In this document: piece after piece, positions 1 to 8,457 of the stretch
Layout of the letters: each line of letters begins with the position of its first letter
How positions within the stretch are numbered: the stretch's first letter is position 1
IMG/VR virus record: IMGVR_UViG_3300030372_004852
Span: 1-33,095 of that record
Strand: one strand, 5' to 3'
DNA length: 33,095 bases
DNA from: a virus
Lineage: Duplodnaviria > Caudoviricetes
The notes under the pieces: model-generated
Databases searched by the model: none
Told to the model about the DNA's origin: nothing
What the model saw: the letters and a program-made list of their open reading frames with translations, nothing else
Program-made: the position numbers and the translations under genes

Positions 1-132
1 ATCCCACTTTTTCTTCAGTATCTTTGCTAGCTTAAGGGATGCGGTCCCAGTGCTTCGCATAATTCTATTGGGCGGTGTGCCTTCTGTGTACCACCAATTT
101 GGACTGTCTCCTCTGCGATAAAGCCTACTCAA
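1..132 (-). CDS. N-terminal fragment of a probable tyrosine integrase (continues beyond left edge)
   Basis: Not in the ORF track. TTG at 132-130 overlaps the repressor TGA stop. It reads open to the edge as MSRLYRRGDSPNWWYTEGTPPNRIMRSTGTASLKLAKILKKKWD, resembling integrase arm-binding N-termini (LYxRxxSxxWW...RSTGT...A), and lies next to the repressor and xis-like genes. The catalytic domain is not visible. Confidence 0.6.
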   Translation of the reverse strand, partial: MSRLYRRGDSPNWWYTEGTPPNRIMRSTGTASLKLAKILKKKWD

Positions 133-959
133 TTTGAAATTCCATTAATAATAACAGATTTGCTTAATACTTTTACAGGTTTTGATTTCCAATCCAGTAA
201 AATATAACATATAGTGTTGCAATAGTTTTCATTAACTAGATATTTAACAGGAATAACCATATAATGTAACCCAGCAACCCATTTTAACGAATCTAAAACA
301 GTAGGAAGGTTGCGAGTCATTTTTTTTAATTCACTTAAGGACTCTTTGTCAATAATTTTATCAACAGGGTGTTCGTTTGTTATGTGCCATTTATTTTCTG
401 AAAAATATTGACTTCTTAAATCCTCAGGAGAAATATTTAAATTCTCACCTAATATACTTAAACCCTTTATGTTGGATATTTTTCTTTCTATTGGTTTTAA
501 GCTAAATATATTTTTCATTTCTACTGTTGTTTCCATATCAGCTTGAACATCGTCAAATTTCATTTTTTGTAACGGTTGGCTTTCTATAACATTTTTTAAC
601 ATAACTAATTCGCGTTGCTGTTGTTCTATCTTGTCTTTTTGTAAGTCAATTATATATTGACTATCTACATTCATTTTTTCCTCCGAGTCTTTAATTGTAA
701 TTTTTTTGTTTTTTATTTTTATATTATCTTTTTTATAAACTTTTAAAAAGCCATCTTCACTTGATTTTTCCTCAATATAATCAACAACCGATGTATTATA
801 TGTTTTACAATATTTTTGAATAATAGACATTGGCATTCGTTTTCTAGCTTTCCAATTTGAAACCGCTGCGGGCGATACATCAAATATTTTTGCCAGCTCG
901 GCATCTGAATAAATTTCTTGTTCTAGCTTTATTTTATTTAGTATAAATTGTATATTCAT
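129..959 (-). CDS. CI-like phage repressor (N-terminal HTH, coiled coil, unknown C-terminal domain)
   Basis: SDAELAKIFDVSPAAVSNWKARKRMP is a Cro/CI-type HTH; divergent from the xis-like gene. No S24 peptidase motif recognised. Confidence 0.75.
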   Translation of the reverse strand: MNIQFILNKIKLEQEIYSDAELAKIFDVSPAAVSNWKARKRMPMSIIQKYCKTYNTSVVDYIEEKSSEDGFLKVYKKDNIKIKNKKITIKDSEEKMNVDSQYIIDLQKDKIEQQQRELVMLKNVIESQPLQKMKFDDVQADMETTVEMKNIFSLKPIERKISNIKGLSILGENLNISPEDLRSQYFSENKWHITNEHPVDKIIDKESLSELKKMTRNLPTVLDSLKWVAGLHYMVIPVKYLVNENYCNTICYILLDWKSKPVKVLSKSVIINGISN

Positions 960-1026
960 AACAAAAAGTATTTTTTATTAACAAAATGTGTATTAACTTC
1001 ACCAAGCTTGTGTATCTATTACATAA

Positions 1027-1073
1027 ACACAATAACCATACACAAACATACACAAAAGAACACAAAAAAGCAA
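1027..1073 (+). repeat. ACACAA direct repeats at 10-bp period upstream of xis-like gene (putative operator array)
   Basis: ACACAA at 1027, 1040, 1050, 1060 and partial CAA at 1071. Confidence 0.55.
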
Positions 1074-1088
1074 GAAAAAGGGATATAA

Positions 1089-1277
1089 ATGGCAGAGTTT
1101 CTAACAGTTTCACAGGTTGCCGATGAGCTAAAAGTGTCAACAGGTACGATTAGGCAGTACATACAAACAGGAAAACTAAAAGCTAGCAAACCAGGTGGGA
1201 AGAAATTTATCATCTTAAAAGCCGAGCTTTTGAGGTTTGTTAATAAAGCAACCTATAAACCATTAGCTACTCTTTAA
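1089..1277 (+). CDS. Excisionase-like / HTH_17 (MerR-type) DNA-binding protein
   Basis: FLTVSQVADELKVSTGTIRQYIQTGKLKASKPGGKKFII is a typical HTH_17 pattern. Confidence 0.85.
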   Translation: MAEFLTVSQVADELKVSTGTIRQYIQTGKLKASKPGGKKFIILKAELLRFVNKATYKPLATL

Positions 1278-1318
1278 TTATTAGTTCTGTAACGTTAGTG
1301 AAAGAACTAATAATTAAA
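1273..1318 (+). repeat. Conserved-loop hairpin H1
   Basis: 16-bp perfect stem TTTAATTATTAGTTCT/AGAACTAATAATTAAA with loop GTAACGTTAGTGAA; contains the xis stop and precedes the next RBS. Confidence 0.85.
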
Positions 1319-1326
1319 AGGGAGCA

Positions 1327-1527
1327 ATGAAAAAAGCAGAATCAGTAGCAAGAAAAGAATGTGCCAACTATAACGGTGGCAAATGTCTAGGAGTTATGTT
1401 TACAAGAATTAATGGCAAAATAAATGTCAAGGTTGACAGCAGTTTTGCAGGCAAGGATTGTTCAAAGTGCCTAGATAAATGTTTATATTTTAACAATATA
1501 GTAATAGGGAGCAAAATACATGCCTAA
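1327..1527 (+). CDS. Small Cys-rich hypothetical protein
   Basis: GGGAG RBS; five Cys; overlaps the next gene. Confidence 0.7.
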   Translation: MKKAESVARKECANYNGGKCLGVMFTRINGKINVKVDSSFAGKDCSKCLDKCLYFNNIVIGSKIHA

Positions 1528-1702
1528 AGATGATGTCGTTTTAAAAATGCGAATAGAGAGAACGAATAAAACTACCGAAGAAGATGTTAAGAGATTTTAC
1601 ATAACTGTAAATAGAATGGCAGAAAACTTAGGATTTAATGTAATTGCACCCAAAGAAAACAGCCAACACCTAGCGCTTAGAGGAGAAACAAAAGATGAGT
1701 GA
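1520..1702 (+). CDS. Hypothetical protein
   Basis: GGGAG RBS; overlaps neighbours in the operon. Confidence 0.65.
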   Translation: MPKDDVVLKMRIERTNKTTEEDVKRFYITVNRMAENLGFNVIAPKENSQHLALRGETKDE

Positions 1703-2183
1703 GGAATTTCAAGCATTAGATGAACTTCACGATGAAGTAAAAGAAACCGATATTACAGAAATTCATGCAGACCAAATGTTATACAAAATATCTCAATTAG
1801 AAAAAGAAATTGAGGAAATAAAAGAGAAACAAATGGAATCTGCTGAGTTTTACGATAGGAGAATAGCGTCGGTTTTAAAACAAATACAATATAGAGCAAA
1901 TATTCTTGAATCTTTTATGTTAAACGAGATTAAAGCTACGAATAAAAAAACATCAAAGATGCCAAACGGAACCCTTAGGATGACAACTAGGACGGTAAAA
2001 CGATTTGGGGAAAACGATGATTTAATCAAGTTTTCTTATGCTCATAATATACCAACTAGGGTTACAGAAAAACCCGACAAGAAGGCGATTTCTGATTATA
2101 TAAAAGAAACTGCACACATTCCAGATGGCTACGAAGAGGAAGTGGAGACATCGTTTTCTTACAAGACCAACAACCAACAATAA
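1695..2183 (+). CDS. Mu Gam-like host-nuclease inhibitor / Gp157-like coiled-coil protein
   Basis: Coiled-coil N-half followed by KKTSKMPNGTLRM...EKPDKKAI; AGGAG RBS; upstream of the annealing protein. Confidence 0.65.
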   Translation: MSEEFQALDELHDEVKETDITEIHADQMLYKISQLEKEIEEIKEKQMESAEFYDRRIASVLKQIQYRANILESFMLNEIKATNKKTSKMPNGTLRMTTRTVKRFGENDDLIKFSYAHNIPTRVTEKPDKKAISDYIKETAHIPDGYEEEVETSFSYKTNNQQ

Positions 2184-2192
2184 GGAGATAAT

Positions 2193-2888
2193 ATGCCAGT
2201 AAAAATACATGGAAAAGATTATCGCACTGTAGCAGAGCGCGTAGAGCTTTTTCATCAAAATCACAAAAACGCTGAAAAAAGCATTACCACAGAAATACTG
2301 CACAACGATGAAAGTACGGTAATGATGAAAACTACCGTTACCGTAGGAGATTCTACCTATACGGGGCATGCCGTTGAGGTTTACAACAGTTCAATGATTA
2401 ATAAAACGTCTGCATTGGAAAACTGTGAGACATCAGCAATAGGAAGAGCTTTAGCTAGCGCAGGGTTAGGTGGAACTGAATTTGCATCTGCTGATGAAGT
2501 TACAAATGCTATTGCCCAACAAAATAAACCCGCAGCGAATAATGGTGCTAGCAACGGAGTTCCTAAAGTTAAAAATCAAGATATATTATTTGAGGAAAGC
2601 AAGGAAGGAGAGCCTTTTGATTGGGATGATGGCAGAGAGCAAGCTATCCGTTTTGGAAAACATAAAGGTATGAAGTGGAAGGAAGTACCATTGGATTACT
2701 TGCAATGGTTAGCGGAAGGCTCGGATAATGAGCAATGGAAAATGATGGCAAATGCTGAGATTATTGCTAGGGTTACAGATGGGGTAGAGGGCAACGGAGA
2801 GACGAAGAAAGAAACGGAAAAAGTAGTTGAGAAGAAACAAGAGTCTATGGCGCTAGCGACAGAAGACGATGACGATTTACCATTCTAG
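2193..2888 (+). CDS. Rad52/Sak-like single-strand annealing protein with DUF3820-like domain and acidic SSB-like tail
   Basis: GKDYRTVAERV...ALENCETSAIGRALASAG core; IRFGKHKG...VPLDYLQWL module; C-terminus DDDDLPF. Confidence 0.7.
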   Translation: MPVKIHGKDYRTVAERVELFHQNHKNAEKSITTEILHNDESTVMMKTTVTVGDSTYTGHAVEVYNSSMINKTSALENCETSAIGRALASAGLGGTEFASADEVTNAIAQQNKPAANNGASNGVPKVKNQDILFEESKEGEPFDWDDGREQAIRFGKHKGMKWKEVPLDYLQWLAEGSDNEQWKMMANAEIIARVTDGVEGNGETKKETEKVVEKKQESMALATEDDDDLPF

Positions 2889-2890
2889 TT

Positions 2891-3142
2891 ATGACACAGA
2901 AAAATATAATACTCGATTACTTAAAGAAGAATAAAAGCATTACATCGTGGAAAGCTATACAAGATTTCCATATTACGAGAGTTGCTGATGTTATTCTTAG
3001 ACTTAGGCAAGAAGGACACAATATAGAGACCAAAAAAGTTACCCACAGAAATTCTAGAACGGGAAAAGTTACACAGTACGCTAAATACGTTTACCATGAA
3101 CCCATTGTTATTGGAGATAATTACTCTCTTGCGTTGGTATAG
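2891..3142 (+). CDS. Winged-helix DNA-binding protein
   Basis: TQKNIILDYLKKNKSITSWKAIQDFHITRVADVILRLRQEGHNIET...YAKY is a common phage wHTH pattern. Confidence 0.75.
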   Translation: MTQKNIILDYLKKNKSITSWKAIQDFHITRVADVILRLRQEGHNIETKKVTHRNSRTGKVTQYAKYVYHEPIVIGDNYSLALV

Positions 3143-3204
3143 ACTCGATAAAAACAAAGGGGGTATACCTTTTGCTCCTCGCCCCCTTTGTCGGGAGTTT
3201 ATGT

Positions 3205-3618
3205 ATGCCAAGTAGGAGCAAGCAAAAAGGAAACCGATTTGAAAGAGAGGTAACCAATATTGCCAAAGAATACGATATAGATTCACAAAGAGCATATGCA
3301 AGTAATGGTTTATCTCTTGGACACTCAGAAGAAGTTGATGTTTTATTAAGCACACCCAATAAAGATTGGCGAGTGCAATGCAAAGTAAGAAAAAACATAG
3401 CAAGCTGGATAAAACCCGATGCTAGCGTAGTGGACCTTCAGGTCGTTAAGGAAGATAGGGGTACGATATATGCTGTACTGCCTTATGAGAATTTTCTTGA
3501 ATTAATAGCAGATGATGAAGAATATAGAAATAGCGCTCAAGAAAAACATGACGATGAAAGAGATTATCACAAAGCAAGAAGAGAGGATATAGAAAGTGGT
3601 ATTAAAGAACAACTTTAA
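3205..3618 (+). CDS. Holliday junction resolvase-like PD-(D/E)xK nuclease
   Basis: SKQKGNRFEREV...VDVLL...VQCKVRK; start moved to ATG 3205 after GGGAG. Confidence 0.75.
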   Translation: MPSRSKQKGNRFEREVTNIAKEYDIDSQRAYASNGLSLGHSEEVDVLLSTPNKDWRVQCKVRKNIASWIKPDASVVDLQVVKEDRGTIYAVLPYENFLELIADDEEYRNSAQEKHDDERDYHKARREDIESGIKEQL

Positions 3619-3787
3619 AATCGGAGACACAGTAACCGCAACAACCATAGGCAAAGATGGGGAGTCAATATTCGTAAGTGGGGAAATTACTTCCTTAACA
3701 GATAAATACGCCTTTTTATTAAAAAAATTTCCTAAGAGACAGCATTTTTCCGTAAAAGTGGAAGATATTGTACTTAGGAACAAGTAA
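3596..3787 (+). CDS. Small hypothetical protein (possible SH3-like fold)
   Basis: FKIGDTV...GEIT pattern; GAGGA upstream; operon position. Confidence 0.55.
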   Translation: MVLKNNFKIGDTVTATTIGKDGESIFVSGEITSLTDKYAFLLKKFPKRQHFSVKVEDIVLRNK

Positions 3788-3797
3788 AGGAGAATAC

Positions 3798-4778
3798 ATG
3801 CCAAGAAAAAATGGAAAAGCACCTGCATTTATGTTATATGCTAGCGACTTTGTGTCTGATATGAAAGTACAGCTTATGAACATGGAAGAAAGAGGTATCT
3901 ACATTACCTTACTACTTTATCAATGGATTGAAGATTCTTTGCCTACAGAAATAAGTGAGCTTAAAGAATTATGTAAAAATCATGAAAATTTTGAACAAGC
4001 TTGGAAAAAGGTTAGCAAATGCTTTGTTGAGAAAAATGGAAAGCTATATAATCCAAGACTTGAAGTTGAAAGAAGCGAACAAAGAAAAAGAGCTGAGAAG
4101 AATAGTCAAAATGGAAAAATAGGGGCAATGAAAAGATGGAATAAGAAAGAGGATAGCGAGGCTATAGCCACGCCATTGCCTTCTAATGAAAAAGAAATAG
4201 AAATAGAAATTAAAAAACCTAAAAAAGAAAATAAAACAAACGAATATTTAAAAGAATTTGAAAATGAATTTTGGACACTTTACCCAAGAAGAGATAATAA
4301 AAAACGAGCTAAAGATAAATATGTGCAACTTAGAAAAAATGGTACAGATAAGGAAATTATTTTAAGTGGGTTAAAGAACTACATTAAACAATGGAGAAGT
4401 GCAGGCACTGAACCCGAATTTATTCCTATGGCTAGCACTTGGTTGCATCAAGAAAGATTTGAGGATGAGTTAATTAGCAATATGAAAACCGCTGAAAAAT
4501 TGGTTATTGCTAAAAAATCATTTGAATACATGTGCATTGAATGTGGCGTAGAAAAAACATTTGAGGAAGAATCGTACGAACTATGTGATTGTGGAGAAGG
4601 GATATTAGAAGATAAGAAACATGTTCTTCAGGAGCTAGCTAGAAGAAAGAATACCCCTGGTAAACCAGGGGGCGCAGCGAAGCAAGCTAGCTCACCAGAG
4701 AAAACAAAGAACGATTCTGGAGAAATAAAAGATTTTAGTAAGATGTTAAGCAACCTTACAAACTCATTGGGGGCGTAA
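3798..4778 (+). CDS. Phage replication initiator (DUF1376/YdaU-type N-terminus, C-terminal Zn ribbon)
   Basis: APAFMLYASDF...ERGIYITLLLYQW...LYNPRLE; GKIGAMKRW; FENEFWTLYPRR...FIPMASTWLHQERFEDE; CIEC...CDC. AGGAG RBS before ATG 3798. Confidence 0.8.
   Translation: MPRKNGKAPAFMLYASDFVSDMKVQLMNMEERGIYITLLLYQWIEDSLPTEISELKELCKNHENFEQAWKKVSKCFVEKNGKLYNPRLEVERSEQRKRAEKNSQNGKIGAMKRWNKKEDSEAIATPLPSNEKEIEIEIKKPKKENKTNEYLKEFENEFWTLYPRRDNKKRAKDKYVQLRKNGTDKEIILSGLKNYIKQWRSAGTEPEFIPMASTWLHQERFEDELISNMKTAEKLVIAKKSFEYMCIECGVEKTFEEESYELCDCGEGILEDKKHVLQELARRKNTPGKPGGAAKQASSPEKTKNDSGEIKDFSKMLSNLTNSLGA
4150..4210. promoter_or_regulatory. Iteron-like palindromes plus A-rich tract inside the initiator gene (candidate origin)
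   Basis: AGGATAGC/GCTATAGC/GCCATTGC at 11-bp period followed by GAAATAGAAATAGAA; lambdoid origins lie at the equivalent place in initiator genes. Confidence 0.5.
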
Positions 4779-4850
4779 TAATTATTGTAAAAAACGGTTG
4801 GCGCGGTTTTATCAACAATAAAACTCTTTTCATGGAAAAATAAACTAAAA

Positions 4851-5096
4851 ATGGTAATTGAGAAAAAAGAGAATGATAAATACGCCCCTAAAAGATATAA
4901 AAGAAGTAATACTTTTGATGCGAAAAAAGCAGACCAAGACATTAAGTATTGTAAAAAATGTAACAGATGTTGGGAAATGGTAAGAAGTAGTAACAAATAT
5001 AAGTTGATACATTATAAAGATTTTCCAACGTACAAACGAGCAAGGGAAACTTGTTTTTTTTGTTTAGAAAAAATAAAAGGCGCGCATGTTATATAG
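4851..5096 (+). CDS. Small Zn-finger hypothetical protein
   Basis: CKKC...CFFC. Confidence 0.6.
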   Translation: MVIEKKENDKYAPKRYKRSNTFDAKKADQDIKYCKKCNRCWEMVRSSNKYKLIHYKDFPTYKRARETCFFCLEKIKGAHVI

Positions 5097-5284
5097 GTTA
5101 CCCACAACTACACATAACCTTGTTGCTCCGCATGGCATCTCCCATGTGCGCCTTACCATTAGGGAGATGTTTGAAACAAATCTTCGCTTGAAATTCAATC
5201 AAATAAATGTATTTGGAATTTTATTCAAATTAAAAACGAGCGAATGGATAAGTAAAACATCTCTCTATGTAAAAATTAAAACAT

Positions 5285-5512
5285 ATGATAATTGTTAACA
5301 TATCAGAATGGATAGTTCAACTCTTTGTATTGGGCTTAGCGCTTATATTTTGGTGCATAGGGCTGTTTTTTCTAGCTTTGCTTATTGACGTTTACTCAAG
5401 AATATTAAAAGAAACCTTTGGAGGATTATTATGCCAACTAAAAAGAAAAATATACCACATAATTTTCGCGGTAAAGAAGATATTTTCTTTGCCAAAATTA
5501 AAAAAGGACTGA
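5285..5512 (+). CDS. Small membrane protein
   Basis: Long hydrophobic N-terminal segment; the 3' part overlaps the 5431 ORF so the boundary is uncertain. Confidence 0.5.
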   Translation: MIIVNISEWIVQLFVLGLALIFWCIGLFFLALLIDVYSRILKETFGGLLCQLKRKIYHIIFAVKKIFSLPKLKKD

Positions 5513-5583
5513 AGCGCTTTCTAGCACCGCCTTCAGCTCACCAGCAAAAGAAAAAAGGTATCCAGCGAGACCCCGAATGCTAG
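5431..5583 (+). CDS. Small basic hypothetical protein (50 aa, not in ORF track)
   Basis: GGAGGA RBS then MPTKKKNIPHNFRGKEDIFFAKIKKGLKRFLAPP...; overlaps the start of the 5577 ORF. Confidence 0.5.
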   Translation: MPTKKKNIPHNFRGKEDIFFAKIKKGLKRFLAPPSAHQQKKKGIQRDPEC

Positions 5584-5858
5584 TTACGAAAACTAATAAA
5601 ACTAAAAAAAAACCTATAAGTAGAAAAAAACTTACAAAGGAATTTGCAAGCTTATATGTTCATTCTCTACCTCATTGGAGAGTAGCGGAATTGGGCGAAA
5701 AATACTTAAGAGAAGAATTGAACAAGCTTTCAGAAAAATATTTTGTCGAAAAACTAAAAAATGAACGCTTTGGTGACATTTGCGCACCTCCTGTTGACAA
5801 ATGGGAATTGTTTGTTAGGTATATAGAGCAACAAAACGCAAAGAAAAAAAGGAGCTAG
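5577..5858 (+). CDS. Hypothetical protein
   Basis: ORF tightly packed in the operon. Confidence 0.65.
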   Translation: MLVTKTNKTKKKPISRKKLTKEFASLYVHSLPHWRVAELGEKYLREELNKLSEKYFVEKLKNERFGDICAPPVDKWELFVRYIEQQNAKKKRS

Positions 5859-5859
5859 C

Positions 5860-6174
5860 ATGGAATTATTATATTACACCTGGGAAATATTTACAATGGA
5901 TGAGAAAAATGCGTGGTGGTTAATGATGGTTGTGTTCTCTGTAACTTGTATTACGTTTATTTATACAAATGTTAAAATCAGGTTAAGTCAGGAAACACAA
6001 AGAGCTAGGTTAAAAGAGATTGAATATAAAGTATCGTACATATTTGAGAAAATAAAACGCAAAGATATTAGTAATAGTCAGCTACATATGTTAATTAGTG
6101 ATAAATTTAAAGAGCTGAACGGAGCTAGCACTGCCAGCCCCGCAGCGGAGCTAGAAAAGGAGAAGCAATGCTAA
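5860..6174 (+). CDS. Hypothetical membrane-anchored protein
   Basis: AGGAG RBS; one hydrophobic segment followed by a coiled coil. Confidence 0.65.
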   Translation: MELLYYTWEIFTMDEKNAWWLMMVVFSVTCITFIYTNVKIRLSQETQRARLKEIEYKVSYIFEKIKRKDISNSQLHMLISDKFKELNGASTASPAAELEKEKQC

Positions 6175-6527
6175 AAAAAGACTATCAAGACCAACGCGAC
6201 CACTTAGGGGCGCACCTAAAAAATAGCGTAAGTAAAGTGTATCAAATAACAGACGGCATATTGCAGATTTGCCAGTATGCTAGAAAAGGAAAACTGGGGA
6301 AGGGTAGGTCGTTCAAAGAAATAGAAAAGCTAGCACTAGAGTTACGGCACTGGAACGATGTACCTGCTAATATCAGCTATAAGTTTTCGCCTTTGGGTGT
6401 GATGGATAAAGAAAAAGAGTGGGAAGAAGAAAAGGAAAAGTCTAATAAGTTTATGTTATCGAAAGATGATGCAGATAATAAAATATATCCTACGCTTAAA
6501 GATATTAAAAATGTGTTAGCTACTTAG
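6168..6527 (+). CDS. Hypothetical protein
   Basis: AAGGAG RBS; last gene of the + operon. Confidence 0.7.
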   Translation: MLKKDYQDQRDHLGAHLKNSVSKVYQITDGILQICQYARKGKLGKGRSFKEIEKLALELRHWNDVPANISYKFSPLGVMDKEKEWEEEKEKSNKFMLSKDDADNKIYPTLKDIKNVLAT

Positions 6528-6609
6528 GTGTGTGATTAATTAAATTAACGCAACAACGAGTCTTTTCTATCGGGTATTCTCCGTCTTAAAGCGCAAGTTG
6601 TTGGTTGTT

Positions 6610-6640
6610 GAAAGGGGTGCGTCAACACCCCTTTCTTTTT
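6610..6640 (+). terminator. Intrinsic terminator between convergent operons
   Basis: GAAAGGGGTG-cgtcaa-CACCCCTTTC followed by TTTTT. Confidence 0.75.
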
Positions 6641-6989
6641 ATCTAGAAGTATCTAATATTCTAACTAATTGTCGATATTGTGATGCTGAGTATTCTTTCC
6701 ACTCTTCAGATGATTCTAAAAGTTCACTTATTAAATCTCGAACTTCTTCTAGCACGCTAAACATACTGTCTCTTGATTTTAGGCTATGTATTTTTTTTGC
6801 AAAAATATTCTTACCTTTTTCATCCCTTAGATAAAGACCTAATGCGCCACACTTAACTTTGTCATTTATCCTATTCATTACCTCAAGTGTTTTATCGCGT
6901 TTTATAATTTCTGACCTTCTAGCATCGCACATCGTACAAATACAATCTTTATTGCCTTTTTCATGTAGGTATAATTTATTTTTTTCCAT
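6639..6989 (-). CDS. Hypothetical protein (CxCxxC motif)
   Basis: GGGAG RBS; DCICTMC. Confidence 0.7.
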   Translation of the reverse strand: MEKNKLYLHEKGNKDCICTMCDARRSEIIKRDKTLEVMNRINDKVKCGALGLYLRDEKGKNIFAKKIHSLKSRDSMFSVLEEVRDLISELLESSEEWKEYSASQYRQLVRILDTSR

Positions 6990-7068
6990 AACACTCCCTT
7001 ATTCTAATTAAATAACATTGTAGAATTTTGCTTTATTTTTAATTCATACATAGAGAATCAACGTTGAT

Positions 7069-7353
7069 TTATATATCGTTTAATCTAGGTAGCTTATTTC
7101 TCATAGACATAGACTCAATAATCATACGGTCTTTTTCTTTTATATTGTATCTTCTAAGGTTGTGTTCTATTATTTCATCCTTAGTCATCTTCATATCAGT
7201 TTGTCTATAACCCCTTTCAACTTTTCCTACCTCATTTGTAACTATTGCAGTTACATCCTTTATTGGGTAGTGTATATCGCTATCTTGAGTTGGTAGCCAA
7301 CTTAGAACATACCCATCACATAAATCTACTCTGACTAGACTGAGTTTCTTCAT
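7069..7353 (-). CDS. Hypothetical protein
   Basis: AGGAG RBS; ATGA overlap with the upstream gene. Confidence 0.7.
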   Translation of the reverse strand: MKKLSLVRVDLCDGYVLSWLPTQDSDIHYPIKDVTAIVTNEVGKVERGYRQTDMKMTKDEIIEHNLRRYNIKEKDRMIIESMSMRNKLPRLNDI

Positions 7354-7616
7354 TTTTTACTCCTTTTTATTTTATTATTTTTAAAATATTCTCTTAGCGC
7401 TCTCCAAACCACTACTTCGGTTGCCATTATTTTTCTAGCAAGCAAAGTTTCTGTTACTTCATCTTTCCTAAACCATTGACTTCTCCACATGTAGTACGAC
7501 TCTTCAAATAATTGCCCTATTATATCTTTAATATATTTTTCACTTATTGCAATGTCTTTGTCGTGAACTTTTACTTTCATATTATAATTCCTCATCTTCA
7601 TATACTCTTTCTGCAT
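7350..7616 (-). CDS. Hypothetical protein (true start probably ATG at 7580)
   Basis: Operon packing; GAGGA upstream of ATG 7580. Confidence 0.6.
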   Translation of the reverse strand: MQKEYMKMRNYNMKVKVHDKDIAISEKYIKDIIGQLFEESYYMWRSQWFRKDEVTETLLARKIMATEVVVWRALREYFKNNKIKRSKK

Positions 7617-7821
7617 CCTTTAGTCTCATAATAGTTATTTCTTGCCAATCTTCTTCTTTTTTTTTCATCATTGAACAATCAGAAATACGAATTTCTATTG
7701 GTTCATGTATTTTCCATCCAAGTTCTTTAATTAGTTTGTGTGGTATGTTTGCAACATCAGAAGATGTTCCTTTTAATAAACCTTTTACACATCCTTTATC
7801 TATGGCTTTTTTTCCTTTCAT
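7582..7821 (-). CDS. AbrB/MazE-like DNA-binding protein
   Basis: ANIPHKLIKELGWKIHEPIEIRI resembles the swapped-hairpin IPxxxxxxLGWxxGxxI motif. Confidence 0.5.
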   Translation of the reverse strand: MKGKKAIDKGCVKGLLKGTSSDVANIPHKLIKELGWKIHEPIEIRISDCSMMKKKEEDWQEITIMRLKDAERVYEDEEL

Positions 7822-8096
7822 TTTTTATTCCTTTTCATGTATTTATTTTTAAAATCTTCTATATCTTGCAAGCATGCTTTATAATTCAATACTCCATCTC
7901 TCCAATATGAGCAATTATCACAACCCTCTTTTCTTATATCGCACCAACATACAGATTCTTTTTCTTCACATAGGGTGTTAATTCTATCGCTACATGCTAT
8001 TGAGTAGTGTTGCAAGATAATTTCGATAGACTCATCTTTGGTTTTATTTTCAAATAGGCTCATCATGTTAATATTCCGACATAAGAAATTCGTCAA
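7818..8096 (-). CDS. Hypothetical Cys-rich protein (start probably about 8066)
   Basis: CWC...CDNC; ATGA overlap downstream. Confidence 0.6.
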   Translation of the reverse strand: MTNFLCRNINMMSLFENKTKDESIEIILQHYSIACSDRINTLCEEKESVCWCDIRKEGCDNCSYWRDGVLNYKACLQDIEDFKNKYMKRNKK

Positions 8097-8334
8097 TGTA
8101 GATTTCTAGGGTGTCCCAAGATACTCCCAAGCTAGCATCGTGATTACTTTTAACATCGCCAAGTATGTACATGCACTCTTCGTCGGTAAGTTTTACAGAA
8201 TCTCCATATTTTTTCTTAAACCAATCACGCTCTTGCATGTTTTCTAGCGTATGCTTTATATCGTCAATGTGCCATATAAGTGCGATTGAATTTTCGCTAG
8301 TATAACCATCTTGATATGTTGTTACTTTGTTCAT
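8068..8334 (-). CDS. Hypothetical phage protein
   Basis: AGGAG RBS; IWHIDDI...LTDEEC...HDASLGVSWDTL looks like a recurrent phage small-protein family. Confidence 0.7.
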   Translation of the reverse strand: MNKVTTYQDGYTSENSIALIWHIDDIKHTLENMQERDWFKKKYGDSVKLTDEECMYILGDVKSNHDASLGVSWDTLEIYIDEFLMSEY

Positions 8335-8456
8335 TTTTGCTCCTTTTTATTTTCAATTGGCGACCAAATAAACTTTACCATGTCTTTTATAATATTGTCA
8401 TACCAAATATCATGTTCTGATTTTTTCTTTTTTTTGGGGATTTTATTTTTTTTCAT
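8331..8456 (-). CDS. Small basic hypothetical protein (41 aa, not in ORF track)
   Basis: MKKNKIPKKKKKSEHDIWYDNIIKDMVKFIWSPIENKKEQK; fills the gap exactly with an ATGA overlap. Confidence 0.55.
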   Translation of the reverse strand: MKKNKIPKKKKKSEHDIWYDNIIKDMVKFIWSPIENKKEQK

Positions 8457-8457
8457 G

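Noticed and set aside
3142-3199. Hairpin ACAAAGGGG...CCCCTTTGT before the resolvase
   Set aside because: Single copy with no U-tract or shared loop; could modulate translation but there is no further support.
5086-5298. 70-aa ORF
   Set aside because: No convincing RBS or protein features, and it overlaps a structured element; coding status doubtful.
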